From assembly GCA_951406725.2 (NCBI GenBank), contig OX597817.1, forward strand, positions 132,618,001 through 132,682,000: a DNA stretch of 64,000 nucleotides, written 5' to 3'. The translations under genes and the position numbers were made by a program. Origin of the DNA: Octopus vulgaris. Taxonomy: Eukaryota. The notes beneath the pieces were generated by a model. It did no database searches. It was given only the letters and a program-made list of their open reading frames with translations, and was not told the DNA's origin. Shown here in pieces: positions 26,128 to 40,724 of the stretch (within the stretch, counting starts at the first letter, position 1; the number at the start of each line of letters is the position of its first letter).

Positions 26128-27130
26128 AATGTAGGTATGTATATGCGTGTATATGCATTATATGTAGTGTGTAACAAGGAGAACGTGAGAGAGCCAGAGC
26201 GAGAGAGAGAGAGAAGGGGGGGGAGATTAATGATGAGAATTGAAAGAAGTTCTCAGTTTAAGAATCGTTAATAATCTGTCAAAACTTAATGAATGGACGT
26301 CGTGTTTAAGTATCAAACACAGATCAAATCTCTCTCTGCCTTAACTCCTTTTTAATCTTTCATTCTTGTTGTTGCGTTGGTTTTTGTTGCTGTTGTTGTT
26401 GTTATCATTGTAAAGATAGAAATGGCTTTTCTGTAATTCATTCTTTATTCTAGTCATCTACCTTATATATTCTGCAGTTTACAATTACTTGCATTTTCAG
26501 ACTGTATGCATGTATGCGTGTATGTGTGTGTATGTATGTGTGTATATATGAACGTGTGTATGTATGTGTCTATATATGTATTATGTATGTCTGTATGTGT
26601 GTATCTGCGTATGTATGTATATATATATATATGTGTGTGTGCGTGTGTGTGTGTATGTATGTGAGTGTATGATGTATGTATGTGTGTGTCCTTATGTGTG
26701 TGAATGTATATGTATATATAAATAGAGAGAGAGAGAGAGGCAGAGAGAAAGTGAGAGAGAGAGATTAATAGATAGACATAGAGTGAATACACACGCATGC
26801 ATATACATGTTTATGTATATATGTACAAATGTGTGTATGTGTGTGTAGATATGTATGAATGTAGGCTTATACATGTGTATGAGTACACATATGTATCGGT
26901 TTGAGTGTGTACATGCATTCGTGTCTCTATGATACTAAATGTATACAATGTGTATATGCACGCATGTATATATGCATACTGTACATATAGCACGTATGTA
27001 TGTCACCACATGTATTTTTTGCTACACGTACGGACAAGTATGTTTAAGTATATATGTGTATGCCAACGCGCATACGCGTGTCTATGCATACATTGTATGT
27101 GTGTCTATTAACACACACACACATACAATG

Positions 27131-27173
<43 letters not shown>

Positions 27174-27672
27174 TTTATTAAGTTTTTATATAATATACAT
27201 TCCGCCATTTTTTCAGTTATTGTTTTTTTATTTGTTTTATTGTTGTAATATTTGTTTTATAGTTTTAAAAAGTGTATTTTTGCAAATTCTCTTTACTTTT
27301 TTCCATTTTATTTAATTTTTCTTTCCTTTTTTTTTTGTCTTTTAGTTTTTAATCTTTACCAAGTGTCTACGATTCTTCCTGCATTCTGACAAAGTGGTTC
27401 AAACAGTCACAGATAAAATGTATTTATCTTCAAACAAGTATGGATATAGGACAGCCATCGCCATTTTCTTTTTGAGTTATTTTCGATTTTTGCTTTAAAA
27501 AAAAAATGGAAACGTCCACCTCCACCACCAACCCCATCAACGCTACCACACTATTAGCAACGCAGCAACAACAATAAAAAACAACAAATTGTGTAACAAT
27601 AACGAAAACATTTCTCATATAAAAAGTAGTCAGAAAATCTTTTGTAAGTTCTTATCTTTATAGATTAGAAGA

Positions 27673-27756
<84 letters not shown>

Positions 27757-27880
27757 CATTATTATTATTATTATCATTATTATTATTATTTCACCATCCT
27801 TGTGGCAAATAAAGAACTCTTCTTCTCTCCCTCCTCCTCCTTCTGTTTTTATATATTCATGTATATATATATGTGTGTAA

Positions 27881-27932
<52 letters not shown>

Positions 27933-28176
27933 GTGCATGTGTGAGTGCGTATGTGTGTCTGTGTGTGTACGTCTGTGTGTGTATTTACATCTTATTTTAT
28001 TTCATTGACTTTCAAATGCACTTCTATACGTGGAAGAGACAATATACTTGTATATACATACTCGATAGTCACAATATACACATCCGCATGTACACACACA
28101 CACACATACACAAAAACAAACACACACGCACATACATACATACATACATACATACATACATACATACATACATACA

Positions 28177-28207
<31 letters not shown>

Positions 28208-28635
28208 GTGAAGTAATACACTCTGGTAAACATTTGACTCTTGGAATTATCCTCTCCTCTCTTTCCCTCTCTCCCTCGCTTCACCCCTCTCTCCCCCTCT
28301 CTCTCTCTCTCTTTCTCTCTCATTGACACAACATCAACCGTCTTATTTACCTCTGTATATAACTATTGTTACACATATATACTCACACGTATTTATAAAA
28401 CGCCATATTCCCGTTACTTTCCTTCAAATATATTTTCGCCACCCCATCACCCACTCTCTATCTCAACTTTATTCAAAATTCTTCCGACATTTACAAATGT
28501 ATTCCTTGTTTCGCTTCTGCCTTCTCTGCTTTCATTCCTATATTTTTTTTCATTCTTTCTTTGCTATTACTGTTGTTTCTTTTCATTATCTTAGCATCTC
28601 GATCGTTGTATGAGTTTTGTTTCACTTACAATTTC

Positions 28636-28679
<44 letters not shown>

Positions 28680-28771
28680 TATATTATTATATTATATATA
28701 TATATATATATATCAATACATATATATATATACAAATATATACATACACATATATACATATGTATATAAAT

Positions 28772-28830
28772 AGATGTATTAGTTTAACGCTCGGGAAGTG
28801 AAAAAGTCTTTAACGGTTCGAGCCTACGCT
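28772..28830 (-). mobile_element. Family C fragment
   Basis: TGTATTAGTTTAACGCTCGGGAAGTGAAAAAGTCTTTAACGGTTCGAGCCTACGCT. Confidence 0.7.
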
Positions 28831-29388
28831 GTATGTATGTATATAAATACATACATACGTATATACATACATATATATATATATTGATATATATAAATAC
28901 ACACACACACACACATATATACATACATATATAGTGTTATATAAGTACATACATATACATATAAATATATATACATATATATTATGTTTCATTATATTAT
29001 ATTTATATATGTATACTATAATGTTATATTATAATTTATACATATGTATATATACATATACACATGTTACACATAATTACACATACATATATGTTACTTC
29101 ATATATATGTATGCGCGTATGTAAGCATGCATGTAAGTACAAGTATGTGCATACGTGCGTGTGCGTGTGGGTGCACTTGTCAGTGTGTGCGTGCGCACGC
29201 GCTTTATTCACTTTACATTTCAATTCAGTTTTGCTATATTTCCTCGCATTTATCTCATGAACCTTCACCTTTGCTGAGATCCTACATTTTGACTCCCCTT
29301 TGCATATTTCGCTGATTTATTCAACTTTTATTTCCGAATATTCATCATAGCTTTTCTTCTTTCATCTCGTCATATATATATATATATG

Positions 29389-29465
<77 letters not shown>

Positions 29466-29896
29466 ATACATGTATATATATATATATGTATATATATGTA
29501 TATGTATATATATATATGTATATATATAGATGTATATATATATATATACACGGACATATATATATATACATATGTATGTATGCATGTAAGTATGTGTATG
29601 TGGACGGATGGGTGTATATTATTTCTTTATTCTCTCGCTGTCTCTGTTCATCTCAATAATTTTAACTGTCACTTTGTATATCCTCTATCTTTTTGTCTCT
29701 GACGCCCTTACTCCCACCCCTTCCCCCTTTTCCTTGGCCTATATATGTGTGTGTGTGTGTGCGTGTGAGTATGTGTGTGTGTGTGCATATATATATTTAC
29801 ACACACATATATACACACACACACACACACACTTATACAGAAAGACACACACGCACTCACTTATACATAAAATACACACACACATACATATATATG

Positions 29897-29985
<89 letters not shown>

Positions 29986-30359
29986 GCACAAGCCCACACA
30001 TGTATAAATAAATGATCTGCTTGCGTTTCTCTTATCCATCCATATATCTGTTTGTATATCTCCATCATAACGTGTCATTCTAATGTCTGTTTTTTCTACG
30101 TATTTTTGTTTATATTTAATTGTCTCTTCTTTTTAGTTCTTTTCTTTTATGTTGGCCTTCTTACTTTTTATTCGCTTCAAATAATGTTCCCCGACTTTTA
30201 TGATAAATCTCTTTAATGCCTTCATCAACATCATCATCATATGGAAGTATTAAGTACCAGCGTCATACTGAGGTCAATTCCTTTCTACAATATTCGTCTA
30301 GTTGTGCTGATATTCGAATCCATCTACTTTATCTCCACCTTTGTCACCATTGCTGCAGC

Positions 30360-30411
<52 letters not shown>

Positions 30412-31228
30412 CAATGGAGGATGAGGAGAATGGTGATGTCGGTTTGTTTGTTTTTATTATTGCTATTGTTGCACCGCATAACAATGTTGCTTTTGTTACT
30501 TTTTATGGTTGTGTTGTTGTTGTTGTTGTTGTTGTTGTTTTTGTTGTTATTGTTACTGTTGTGTTGGTCCTATTGGTGTTGGTGTTGGTGCTGGCAGTAG
30601 CGATACTTCTCGTAGGGATGTGGTGGAGGTGATGAGGGTACTGCTATTGTTATCGGTGATGATGATGATGATGATGATGATGACGACGGCGACGACGATG
30701 ATGATGAAGATGAAGATGACAGTGATGATGGTGATGATGATGATGATGGTGATGGCGAGGGTGATGGTGATGATGATGATAGTAATGATTTTACAGCAAT
30801 TTTATAGTAATGGCTATAACTGTAGCTGTATTCCTTTCTATTTATCTCACCATTCTCTCCCCCCACCCACCGTCAGCACCCGCCATTTTACTATCTCCAT
30901 CATTATGACGTTCCGTATAACCTTTTTAATGTTTTAGTTTTTCTTCCCTTCATCTGTCTTCCGTCTTTTATTTTATTTATTTATTTTCTTTGTTGTATCG
31001 TCTTGTCACAATTCAATGGCGAATTTCGTACAATGAAGTTGATGTGGTAAGAATAAAAAAAGAGAGAGAAAAAAATATATACACTCCCACCAAATGGTGG
31101 ACGGGAGCAATAGAACCATATACACAACAACAGCAACAACAACAAATTCACAAACAACAATAATTACTGCAATTCAGATAATACGAAATAAAATAAAGCA
31201 AAATCTATTAGAAATATAATAAAAAAAC

Positions 31229-31245
31229 ATGGCTGCCACTGAGTG
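31229..31245 (+). CDS. Candidate first coding micro-exon (MAATE-W/C) of an unidentified gene
   Basis: AAAAAAAC-ATGG context then GCTGCCACTGAGTG|GTAAGT donor, after an A-rich unique leader; no downstream exon identified. Confidence 0.3.
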
Positions 31246-31638
31246 GTAAGTACGGCAATTAGTTTTAAGAAAGTAGGGAGTTCAGGGCCTTGTTCTTAAA
31301 ACTGAACACCCTAGAGGTCGCAATGCGACTTCATCATCGTCACAGCTGTCGTGGCAGACGTTAGAGAAAAACGAGGGAGAGATGGGGAGGCGGCGGTGGT
31401 GTTGGTGCATTAATGCATTTTGTTATTAATACAGTTTTGTCGTTTATTGCATGTAATGTTTTAGATTCCTTTATGGTCTTATGATCTCTAAACTCGCTTA
31501 GATATCTTTATCAAAGATATTTTCTATCTCTGCTTTAGACCTTGCTTCAAATTCGTCACCGTCATCTTCATCAACAAGAAATACAAGAACAAAAATTAAG
31601 ATACATATAAATATACATATGCATATATACATACAAGC

Positions 31639-31680
<42 letters not shown>

Positions 31681-31717
31681 TCACAAACACTCACACACGC
31701 ACTTTATATATATATGG

Positions 31718-31752
<35 letters not shown>

Positions 31753-31762
31753 CATGTAGGTA

Positions 31763-31793
<31 letters not shown>

Positions 31794-32452
31794 ATACACA
31801 TAAATATATATATATATTTACATACATGTGTTTACATAGATACACATACATATATATACACACATACATATACACGTGTGTGTATGTGTATGTGTGTATA
31901 CATATATAACGCTATCTCAATTCTCAGCTTGAACCTCAATCGTTTCCACCCACGACCACCCACACCAAAATGAAAATTAACATTTACTATCGGCTGCACT
32001 TTAACAGTATAACATAACAAGTTATATCACTGTTATTATCTATTCGGGATAACAAAAGCATAAAACACACACACACACACACATACGCATTAAATATACA
32101 CATACTCAAACATTAATCTTTTTATTGTGATTATGAATATTTTTTCATTCAACAGCTATTAATATTGTTGTTTTCTTAAACATGACATTTAAATGTTTTT
32201 TTGTTAGACAAGTATGTATATTTTGAATGAATGTGCGTGCGTTTGTGTGTGTATGTTTATATGTGTGAGTGAGTGTGTGTATGTGTGTTGCGCAAAGAAG
32301 GTATGTAAATGATTCTGAGGTGTTGTACTTATATACAAGGAGACACTGATATATAATATCTCGCACCCGGATATAAACACACAGCGAAACATATTGGGAT
32401 GAACGCACACATACACATATCGAGAAAATATTTTAACCCTTCCACAGAAATA

Positions 32453-32556
<104 letters not shown>

Positions 32557-32569
32557 TATGTATATATGA

Positions 32570-32890
32570 TGAAATATTTTCTAACTCTGGCACGTGACCA
32601 GCAATTTTGAAAAGAGAGATTAGTTGATTTCACCTACCCTAGTAGTTCTACTACATCGTCCCTGAGAGGCTGAAATTCGGTCTGGGCCAAATTTGAACCC
32701 AATATCAAAAGACCCGAAAGAAATGCCGCTTACCACTTTGTCTGACGCATTAACGATTCTGCTAAGAAGCTTGCTTCCCAACCACGTGGTCCCGGGTTCA
32801 GTCCCCCTGCTTAACACCTTGAGCAAGGGTCTTCTTCTATAGCCTCGGGCCGACCAAAGCCTAGTGAAAGAAGCTTGTCGTATATATATA

Positions 32891-32934
<44 letters not shown>

Positions 32935-33130
32935 TGTTTGTCTTTGTTTGTTCCCCCACCACTGCTTGACAACCGATGTTGGTATGTTTACGTCTCCATA
33001 ACCTAGCAGTTCGGCGAAACAGGGCAATAGAATAAGTACGAGACTTACAAAGAACAAGTCGATTTATTCGACTAAAGGTTGTGCTCCAACATGGCCGCTG
33101 TCCAATGACTAAAACAAATAAAAGAAAAGA
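32570..33130. mobile_element. Degenerate family B SINE (minus) abutting family A SINE (plus, 32763-33130)
   Basis: TAACGATTCTGCTA followed directly by AGAAGCTTGCTTCCCAACCACGTGGTCCCGGGTTCAGTCCC. Confidence 0.78.
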
Positions 33131-33144
33131 ATGAAATAAAAGAT

Positions 33145-33190
<46 letters not shown>

Positions 33191-33292
33191 TATATATGTA
33201 TATATATAATTACATACATTCATACATACACAATCACACACACACACTTACACATTGTTATATATGTATATGTGTGTGTATACATATACATA

Positions 33293-33448
<156 letters not shown>

Positions 33449-33551
33449 ACATACATACATTCATACAAACAATCACACGCACACTTATATACATGGTTAT
33501 ATATGTATATATGTGTGTGTATGTATATATGTGTGTGTATGTATATATGTA

Positions 33552-33605
<54 letters not shown>

Positions 33606-33719
33606 GGTCCCGGGTTGAGTCGGGGTTAACCACAGTAAATAAGGTACTCAATACATATATTGAGTAATGATTTCTTTTGAATGAAACAGTTCTAGTCCTG
33701 TAGAAGCTCCTTCTATATA

Positions 33720-33769
<50 letters not shown>

Positions 33770-33770
<1 letters not shown>

Positions 33771-34171
33771 GTGAAATAGAAAGATGAATAATCTTGTAGC
33801 AGATTAATCAAAAGTTTAACCGATACCTTGGTAGCAAAAATCACAGCAGAAGACAGCACGGTTGGAGGTACAACCATATGGTGTTGCAACCGTGCGTTGG
33901 TGCGGATAATTGAATTTTAATATTATTGGTGAATTGAAGAAATGGGCCATGGGCTCTTAGGAGCCTAGTTCGATTTGTTTTGCTCCGCCTCTGTTCTGTT
34001 TTTGTTTTTTCCCAACGGATTTCCTATTTCTTCCTGAAGAGAAAGACACAATATGGTCTCATTATTCAATCGGATTTTGGTAAATTGTGCCTTTCGAAAC
34101 ACGTGTAGAATGAAATAAAACGATTTCTGTGCAATCTTCGTTCAGCTCCATTTCTTCAATTCACCAGTAAC
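33770..34171 (+). mobile_element. (TA)n-inserted Penelope-like element with inverted 27-bp end copy
   Basis: ATTATTGGTGAATTGAAGAAATGG at 33922 versus CCATTTCTTCAATTCACCAGTAAC ending 34171; hammerhead then AATAAA. Confidence 0.75.
34027..34115 (+). ncRNA. Intact-core type-I hammerhead ribozyme
   Basis: TTC-CTGAAGA-GAAAGACACAAT...ATTGTGCCTTTC-GAAA-CACGTG-TA-GAA; predicted GUA cleavage after 34107. Confidence 0.85.
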
Positions 34172-35235
34172 ATATATATATATATATATACGCACACTTG
34201 TACTCACTCACATGCCTACATATATGATTATCTGTGTTTCATGCTTAATGTAGAAACGCCGTAAAATATCAAATTTACTCTAGCAATTGTCTAGAGATTA
34301 ACACTTACGGACGTTCTGTAATAAAAAAATCTCATTATTCATTAGAAGCAGACGAAAGTCATCGAGCAGTGATTGTCGAGAACGCTAGAAGTGTTTTTCT
34401 GCTCGTTGAGTGTCGTAGCAAGTAGCAAATACTTACAGCCAATAGATTTCCCAAGCTCACCATTTTGCTATGACTTTAGAAGCCATTCTGCTTTTTTTTT
34501 GTTTTTTTTATTTGTGAAGATCTCATGATCCTGGCACCTGTTTGCGACGCATGGCTTTTTGAGATCGAATTTCGATCAGAGCATTCAACCAGCCTACTTT
34601 TTTCACCTGTGGCATCTTTTATTTCCATATTTATTATTTGTTTATTGTCAGGGTTGGCGGGATAGGGGCAATGACAATCTTCTGGGTCTTCAAACCTGGT
34701 GGATGATGGGAGAAGGAAAATGTTCTTGAATCGAATATCTGAACTGAATACTTGCGATAGGTTTGGCTCCCTCAAAAGCACCCTCAAATCTTCCAAAATG
34801 GCGTTACGATGAAGGTCTCTACTTCAATGGCTTCTATCATGGTTCTACGCTGTTCGTTTCTAGAAAATGCTTGAATAATTTGCTCATATCTTACAAAGGT
34901 ATATGGCATTAGAGGACGAAGAATTCAACATTTTTACGACCATATATGAATATTCTTAATGAAACCACATACAGTGATGTAGGGGAAAAATTTCAGCTAA
35001 AGTAATTTTTTTGACTCAGCGCATAAAATACAGACGTAAATTGTGCAATTAGAAACAAATCACAATCTGCGAAATTAATCACAAAAGTGAATATGAGAGG
35101 GTTAGTTCTAACAAAGCAGAATATAAGTACCTGAGAGAATAAAGTTATATTTGTAATTCCGGCAAAAATATTCTTAAAGGACACGGTGCAATTAAATATG
35201 TGAATACAATTGATTATAGAAAAATACGTTACTAT

Positions 35236-35280
<45 letters not shown>

Positions 35281-35740
35281 GTTTAGCGTCCGCTTTCCAT
35301 GCTAGCATGGGTTGGACAGTTCAACTGGAGTCTGGGAAGCCAGAAGGCTGCACCAGGCCCAATCTGATCTGGCAATGTTTCTAAAGCTGGATGCCCTTCC
35401 TAACGCCAACTACTCCGTGAGTGTAGTGGCTGCTTTTTACGTGCCACCGACACAGGTGCCAGACGAGTCTGGCAAACGGCCACGAACGGATGGTACTTTT
35501 TACGTGCCACCGGCACGAGGCCAGTCGGGGCGGCGCTGGCAACGGCCACGTTCGGATGGTTCTCTTACGTTCCACCGGCACTAGTATCACAGCTGTAATT
35601 TCCATTGATGTTGATCGATTTCGATTCTCACTTGCCTCAACAGGTCTTCACAAGTAGAGTTTTGTGTCCCAAGAAGGAAAGGTATGCATAAGTGGACTGA
35701 CTACATCCCATGTAGAGGCCACGGGTTATGGTCTCACAGT
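35236..35740 (-). mobile_element. SINE family E with (GAT)n tail (RTE-type 3' end)
   Basis: Minus GTTGGCGTTAGGAAGGGCATCCAG domain, tail GGACGCTAAAC-(GAT)n; internal triplicated TTACGT(G/T)CCACCG. Confidence 0.75.
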
Positions 35741-35864
35741 AATGTAATACACTGAAATATGAACCTAAAAGTTTTGATTATAGGATTGCTCGATAAAGGT
35801 AGGCCTAGGGTTAAAGAGCAACAACATTAATCATATGATTTTACACAAAACCATTGCTTCTGCT

Positions 35865-35896
<32 letters not shown>

Positions 35897-36507
35897 TGCT
35901 GCTTCCGTTGCTGTTGTTTCTGTTGTTAATACTATCATTATTGTTGTTCTTTGGCCTTAAGTTATTCCTGATTAAGGGCACCTGTGATCAAAAGCATTTC
36001 ACAAATTCCATCAGTTGTTTCCACATTATATATCCAAACTCATTATCTAGTATAACCCTCCGTTTTTAAGGGGATGGGTTACGGTATGAGGAAGATTCTG
36101 GCTAGCATTTCTATCAGGTTGATTGACTGCATATCGGTTCCATTGTTGGCACCAAATTCAATGTCTCGGATGCTTTAGGGAAAATATTTGTTGAAGTCAT
36201 TTTATTTTTCTGAAAGCAATTAAGAGTTGCATGTCTGCCAATATCAACACTTGTTTCAATGTAGCAATTATTTATGGATATACGGTAAATGAAATGAAAT
36301 TTGGAAGAACTTATATTAATTTCTGATTTGATTATAGTATAATTGGCCAAAGTTTAATCTTATATCTTGATGAACTTTAGTTATAGAATTCATTGATAGT
36401 TAATTAATACATAATAATGATTAAAATATAGACAAAATATTGTTCATTTTTTTTACCTTACAGCTGTTTAATATGTCATACGTAACGTCTTTGTTTTCAA
36501 CACGCGC

Positions 36508-36540
<33 letters not shown>

Positions 36541-36604
36541 GACAGAGACAGAGAACAAAAAATGAGTAGGGATTAACGGTTCAACACGTTGAAATATATA
36601 TATA

Positions 36605-36865
36605 TATAAAATAGTGTACCTTTAAACTCAAAAGAAACTAACTTTAACAGGTAATTTTACACGCTAGAAGAAGCAGTCAAAACGCCAAAACCGATTTCGA
36701 AGGGAATGAAAAATAAAAACATTTACCATGTTATTTTTTTACGGTTATACCTAGGTTTCGAATATTTTTAGCAAATTTTTGGGTCGATTTGACTGCTTCT
36801 TCTAGCGTGTAAAATTAACTGTTAAAGGTAGTTTCTCTTGAGTTTAAATGTGCACTAATTTTATA
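36605..36865. mobile_element. Foldback/MITE with ~80-bp inverted arms
   Basis: 36605-36684 versus 36785-36865, sharing AATTTTACACGCTAGAAGAAGCAGTCAAA. Confidence 0.8.
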
Positions 36866-36956
36866 TTGAGAATATGTTATCTATTGACTTTTTATACTTG
36901 CTAGGCCACTGGTAGTGACATATCTAAAAATATTCGCTCTACCCTATATATTTTAC

Positions 36957-37040
<84 letters not shown>

Positions 37041-37469
37041 GTGATCCAGTACCTTGCACTACAGCAATCCCTATGGAAAGCCATGTTTCCATGGTTTGAA
37101 ACAGTCGGTAATCTTCATACAGTTAGTTCTTAATATATCTTGTAAAAGAACACTTTATGTCTCTAAATTTCGCATACAGGAGCGTCCCCTTATTTTTGAC
37201 TTCTCACACTGCAATGACCAAGTGTGTGTGTGGGAGGGGGTTGAGCGTGCGCGTGTGTGCGCGTGCATCTGTATGTATGTATTCATTTTATATGATATAC
37301 TAATACTCACAGCATCTATAATGATTCTGTTCTCCCTCGTATAATTGAATCACTGATGAACAAGTGTGTGTGTGTCAATATATGTACGTAAATACACGCA
37401 CACATACATACGTATATTTATGTGTGTATATATATACATAAGCACACATATATACATATACGTGCACAC

Positions 37470-37533
<64 letters not shown>

Positions 37534-37851
37534 GCATGTATCTATGTGTATATACGTATATATATACACATACATATATATATATGCATATATATATATA
37601 TACACACATACATACATACATATATATATGTATGTATCTATGTGTATATACATATATATATATATATGTACGTATGCATGTATATATATATATGTGTGTG
37701 TGTGTGTGTATATATATAAATATGTATGTATGTATGCATGTATGCATGTGCCTAGTGTGATAATACGACTATCTGAAAATGAAGCTGTATTTGCATCATT
37801 CAATAGAAGTTACAATGGTGATGATGATGATGATAGTGATGATGATGATGG

Positions 37852-37889
<38 letters not shown>

Positions 37890-38399
37890 TCGTCGACGAC
37901 GACGAAGGCGTTTAAGTGTTAAGTGTGCGAAGTGGTTGGAGAAAGCACTCGGCCTCTCGGAATCATATTCACAACTGACAGTTAACTAATTGAAAAAACG
38001 TCAACTGAGATGTTTCTGGTTGTGTTATAAATGTGGTTCGACTGGACCCGACCACCTAAGATCAAGCATTCCACCGTGATTGGGAAAGCCGATAGCCACT
38101 TGCTCTGTCTCCTCTGGCGCTTTCTATTGGACTCGAACATGGTCAAAAGTTTACCGAATCAGCATCGACACAAACACATACACATTTTCAAACGCACACA
38201 ACGCAAATACACACACACACACACAAACATATACACATACACACGCGTTCGCATCCACAGAAACATACGTGTGTATACTGACAATGACACGCAGACGCAC
38301 AAACATCCACATCCACAAGCATACAAACAAACAGAGTCATGCATGTATATACACACATAAATATGGATACATACATCAACACACACACTCACTCAGAAA

Positions 38400-38452
<53 letters not shown>

Positions 38453-38913
38453 ACTCACACTCACACATACACATACACACACACATTTACGTACACGCAC
38501 GCATATATATATATATATACACACACACAGACATAGAAACAATTATATGAATACTCACACCCTACCACTGTCTCTCCTCCTCATTATTTGTCTTTTCCTT
38601 TTCCCCCTCACTTTCTCTCTTCCCCCCTCTCTCTCTCATTCTTTTGTGCTTTCATTCTTTCCTAGACTTACTCTTTCACTTCTAATCCCTGTCTGTTTCT
38701 TTTTCTCTCTATATATTATTCTCTCCTTCTCTACCCTCCACCCATTACCGTATCGCTCCTATATCTTTCACTATATTTTCTACGCCATCTTTTTTTTCCA
38801 CAACTACACATAAAGCAATAACAGAGGCTCATAGATGCACGCACACTTGTACATATCTACAAAAGTATATACATGACGGTACTGAAACATATTTGCACAC
38901 ACACTGTCGTGTG

Positions 38914-38960
<47 letters not shown>

Positions 38961-38999
38961 CTGTATGTGTGTGTGTGTGTGAATGTATGTATGTGTGTG

Positions 39000-39205
39000 T
39001 CTGTGGATGTGTTTGTGTGTCTGTCTTAGTCCCCCAACCTCGCTTGACAACCGATGTTGGTGTGTTTACGTCCTCATAACCTAGCAGTTCGGCAAAAGAG
39101 ACCAATAGAATAAGTACTAGGCTTGCAAAGAATACGTCCCGGAGTCGATTTACTCGAGTAAAGGCGGCGTTCCAGCATGGCCGCAGTCAAATGACTGAAA
39201 GAAAA
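39000..39205 (+). mobile_element. SINE family A 3' half
   Basis: GCTTGACAACCGATGTTGGTGTGTTTACGTCC...CAGCATGGCCGCAGTCAAATGACTGAAA. Confidence 0.85.
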
Positions 39206-39229
39206 GGTTCTTCAAGGCTAGATTCTATG

Positions 39230-39430
39230 GTGTATATACTAACCCCACCCAACTCCACCAGTTCTGGACAAGATGCCAGTCCGGCCCAGAATTAGTCATT
39301 TCTGTCAGCTGAGCGGGCTGGAACGACGTGAGATTAAGTACCTTGCTAAAGGACACAACCAATCGTCCGGCCCAAGAATTAAAACCATCTTACGATCATG
39401 AAGGCAACACACAAAACCACGCGGGCGCGC
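39230..39430 (-). mobile_element. SINE family D-related copy
   Basis: CAGCTGAGCGGGCTGGAACGACGTGAGATTAAGTACCTTGCTAAAGGACACAAC. Confidence 0.65.
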
Positions 39431-39594
39431 ACATGCTTGGAAATATACGCACAAACATTCTTTTATTCTTTTATATGTTTCAGTAATTTGATTGCCGTCA
39501 GCCTGGAGCACCACCTTTTAATCGAAGAGATCGAGTGGGGACAGACACAGACACAGACACACTCACATAAACACACACACACACACACAACTTC

Positions 39595-40090
39595 CCAAAC
39601 CTACCCCTTCCCTCCTTCAAACGAACCCACAACCTACATGACCACCTGTTCCACAGTTTCTTCCCTAACCTCACCTCCCAACCTAGCTCGTTCCCCTGCT
39701 CCCGCCCTTGCTGTCACACTTGCCTCTACCTCTCCAACACCACCATCCTCACAGGCACCACTCATCGTCCCTATCACATCACTGATTCCTTTACCTGCAC
39801 TTCTAGCAACGTCATTTATTGCATTTCCTGCTCTTTCTGCCCTTCTCTGTACATCGGTCAAACGGGACGTCGCTTGGGCTGACTGGTTCGCGGAGCATCT
39901 CCGAGACATTAGAATCTGCAATGACATCCCGGTCTTGCACCATTTCCACTCTACCGGTCATTCATTACAACACTTGTCTGTGTCCAGATTGTCTTTGCAC
40001 AGGAGCCGTCCGGACTTCCGCCTTCGCCGTGAACAAGATTTAATCTCTCTTCGCTCACTTCCTCCACATGGGTTCAACTCCCCTTCTCTC
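39595..40090 (+). pseudogene. Penelope-like element GIY-YIG endonuclease (Neptune-like), frameshifted
   Basis: PLPSFKRTHNLHDHL...PCSRPCCHTC...FTCTSSNVIYCISCSFCPSLYIGQTGRRL, frameshift, ADWFAEHLRDI...HFHSTGHS...REQDLI...PHGFN. Confidence 0.9.
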
Positions 40091-40389
40091 CTCCCTTCAT
40101 CTGAAACCCACTCCCTCTCGTCACTCCTGCCCACTTTTTCTCTTCTTCTCATTCTTTGCAACCCTCTCCCTCTGTGTTCTTATTAACTGACTTTCTCTTT
40201 CCATTCATAACTGTCTGCCTGTCAATTACTTTCTCCCTCTCTCTTTTCCCCCTCTCTCTATTTCATCCTCTCTCTCTTCCTCTATTACTTCGCCTTTGAA
40301 CCGTTTATACCAACGCGTATATTCAAACAACAAACACTTTCCTTTCAAGTTTAACTTTCGCTTACTCTAGCGCATTTACCCACTTCAAT

Positions 40390-40425
<36 letters not shown>

Positions 40426-40605
40426 CCCCACCACCAAGACCAACTTCCCTAAAAATGTATTACATTGTAAAACATGTCTCCAATCCTCCATGCACAACCC
40501 TCACCCTACTTCTCCCGCACAGAAACACCTTCCATTCCCCACCCCACATTTATCTCTTCATTCGTTCACCTCAATTTTCATCGCCTATCTTTTTACTCAT
40601 TCTCC

Positions 40606-40679
<74 letters not shown>

Positions 40680-40724
40680 ATCTATTTATGTCTGTATGTC
40701 TGTATGTATAATCTGTCCTTGAAC

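Noticed and set aside
31315-31340. Minus-strand TGATGAA-GTCGC/GCGAC as a hammerhead
   Set aside because: No GAAA follows the stem
39398-40186. 262-aa ORF as a real gene
   Set aside because: It is a chimera of SINE, (CA)n, out-of-frame and in-frame Penelope sequence
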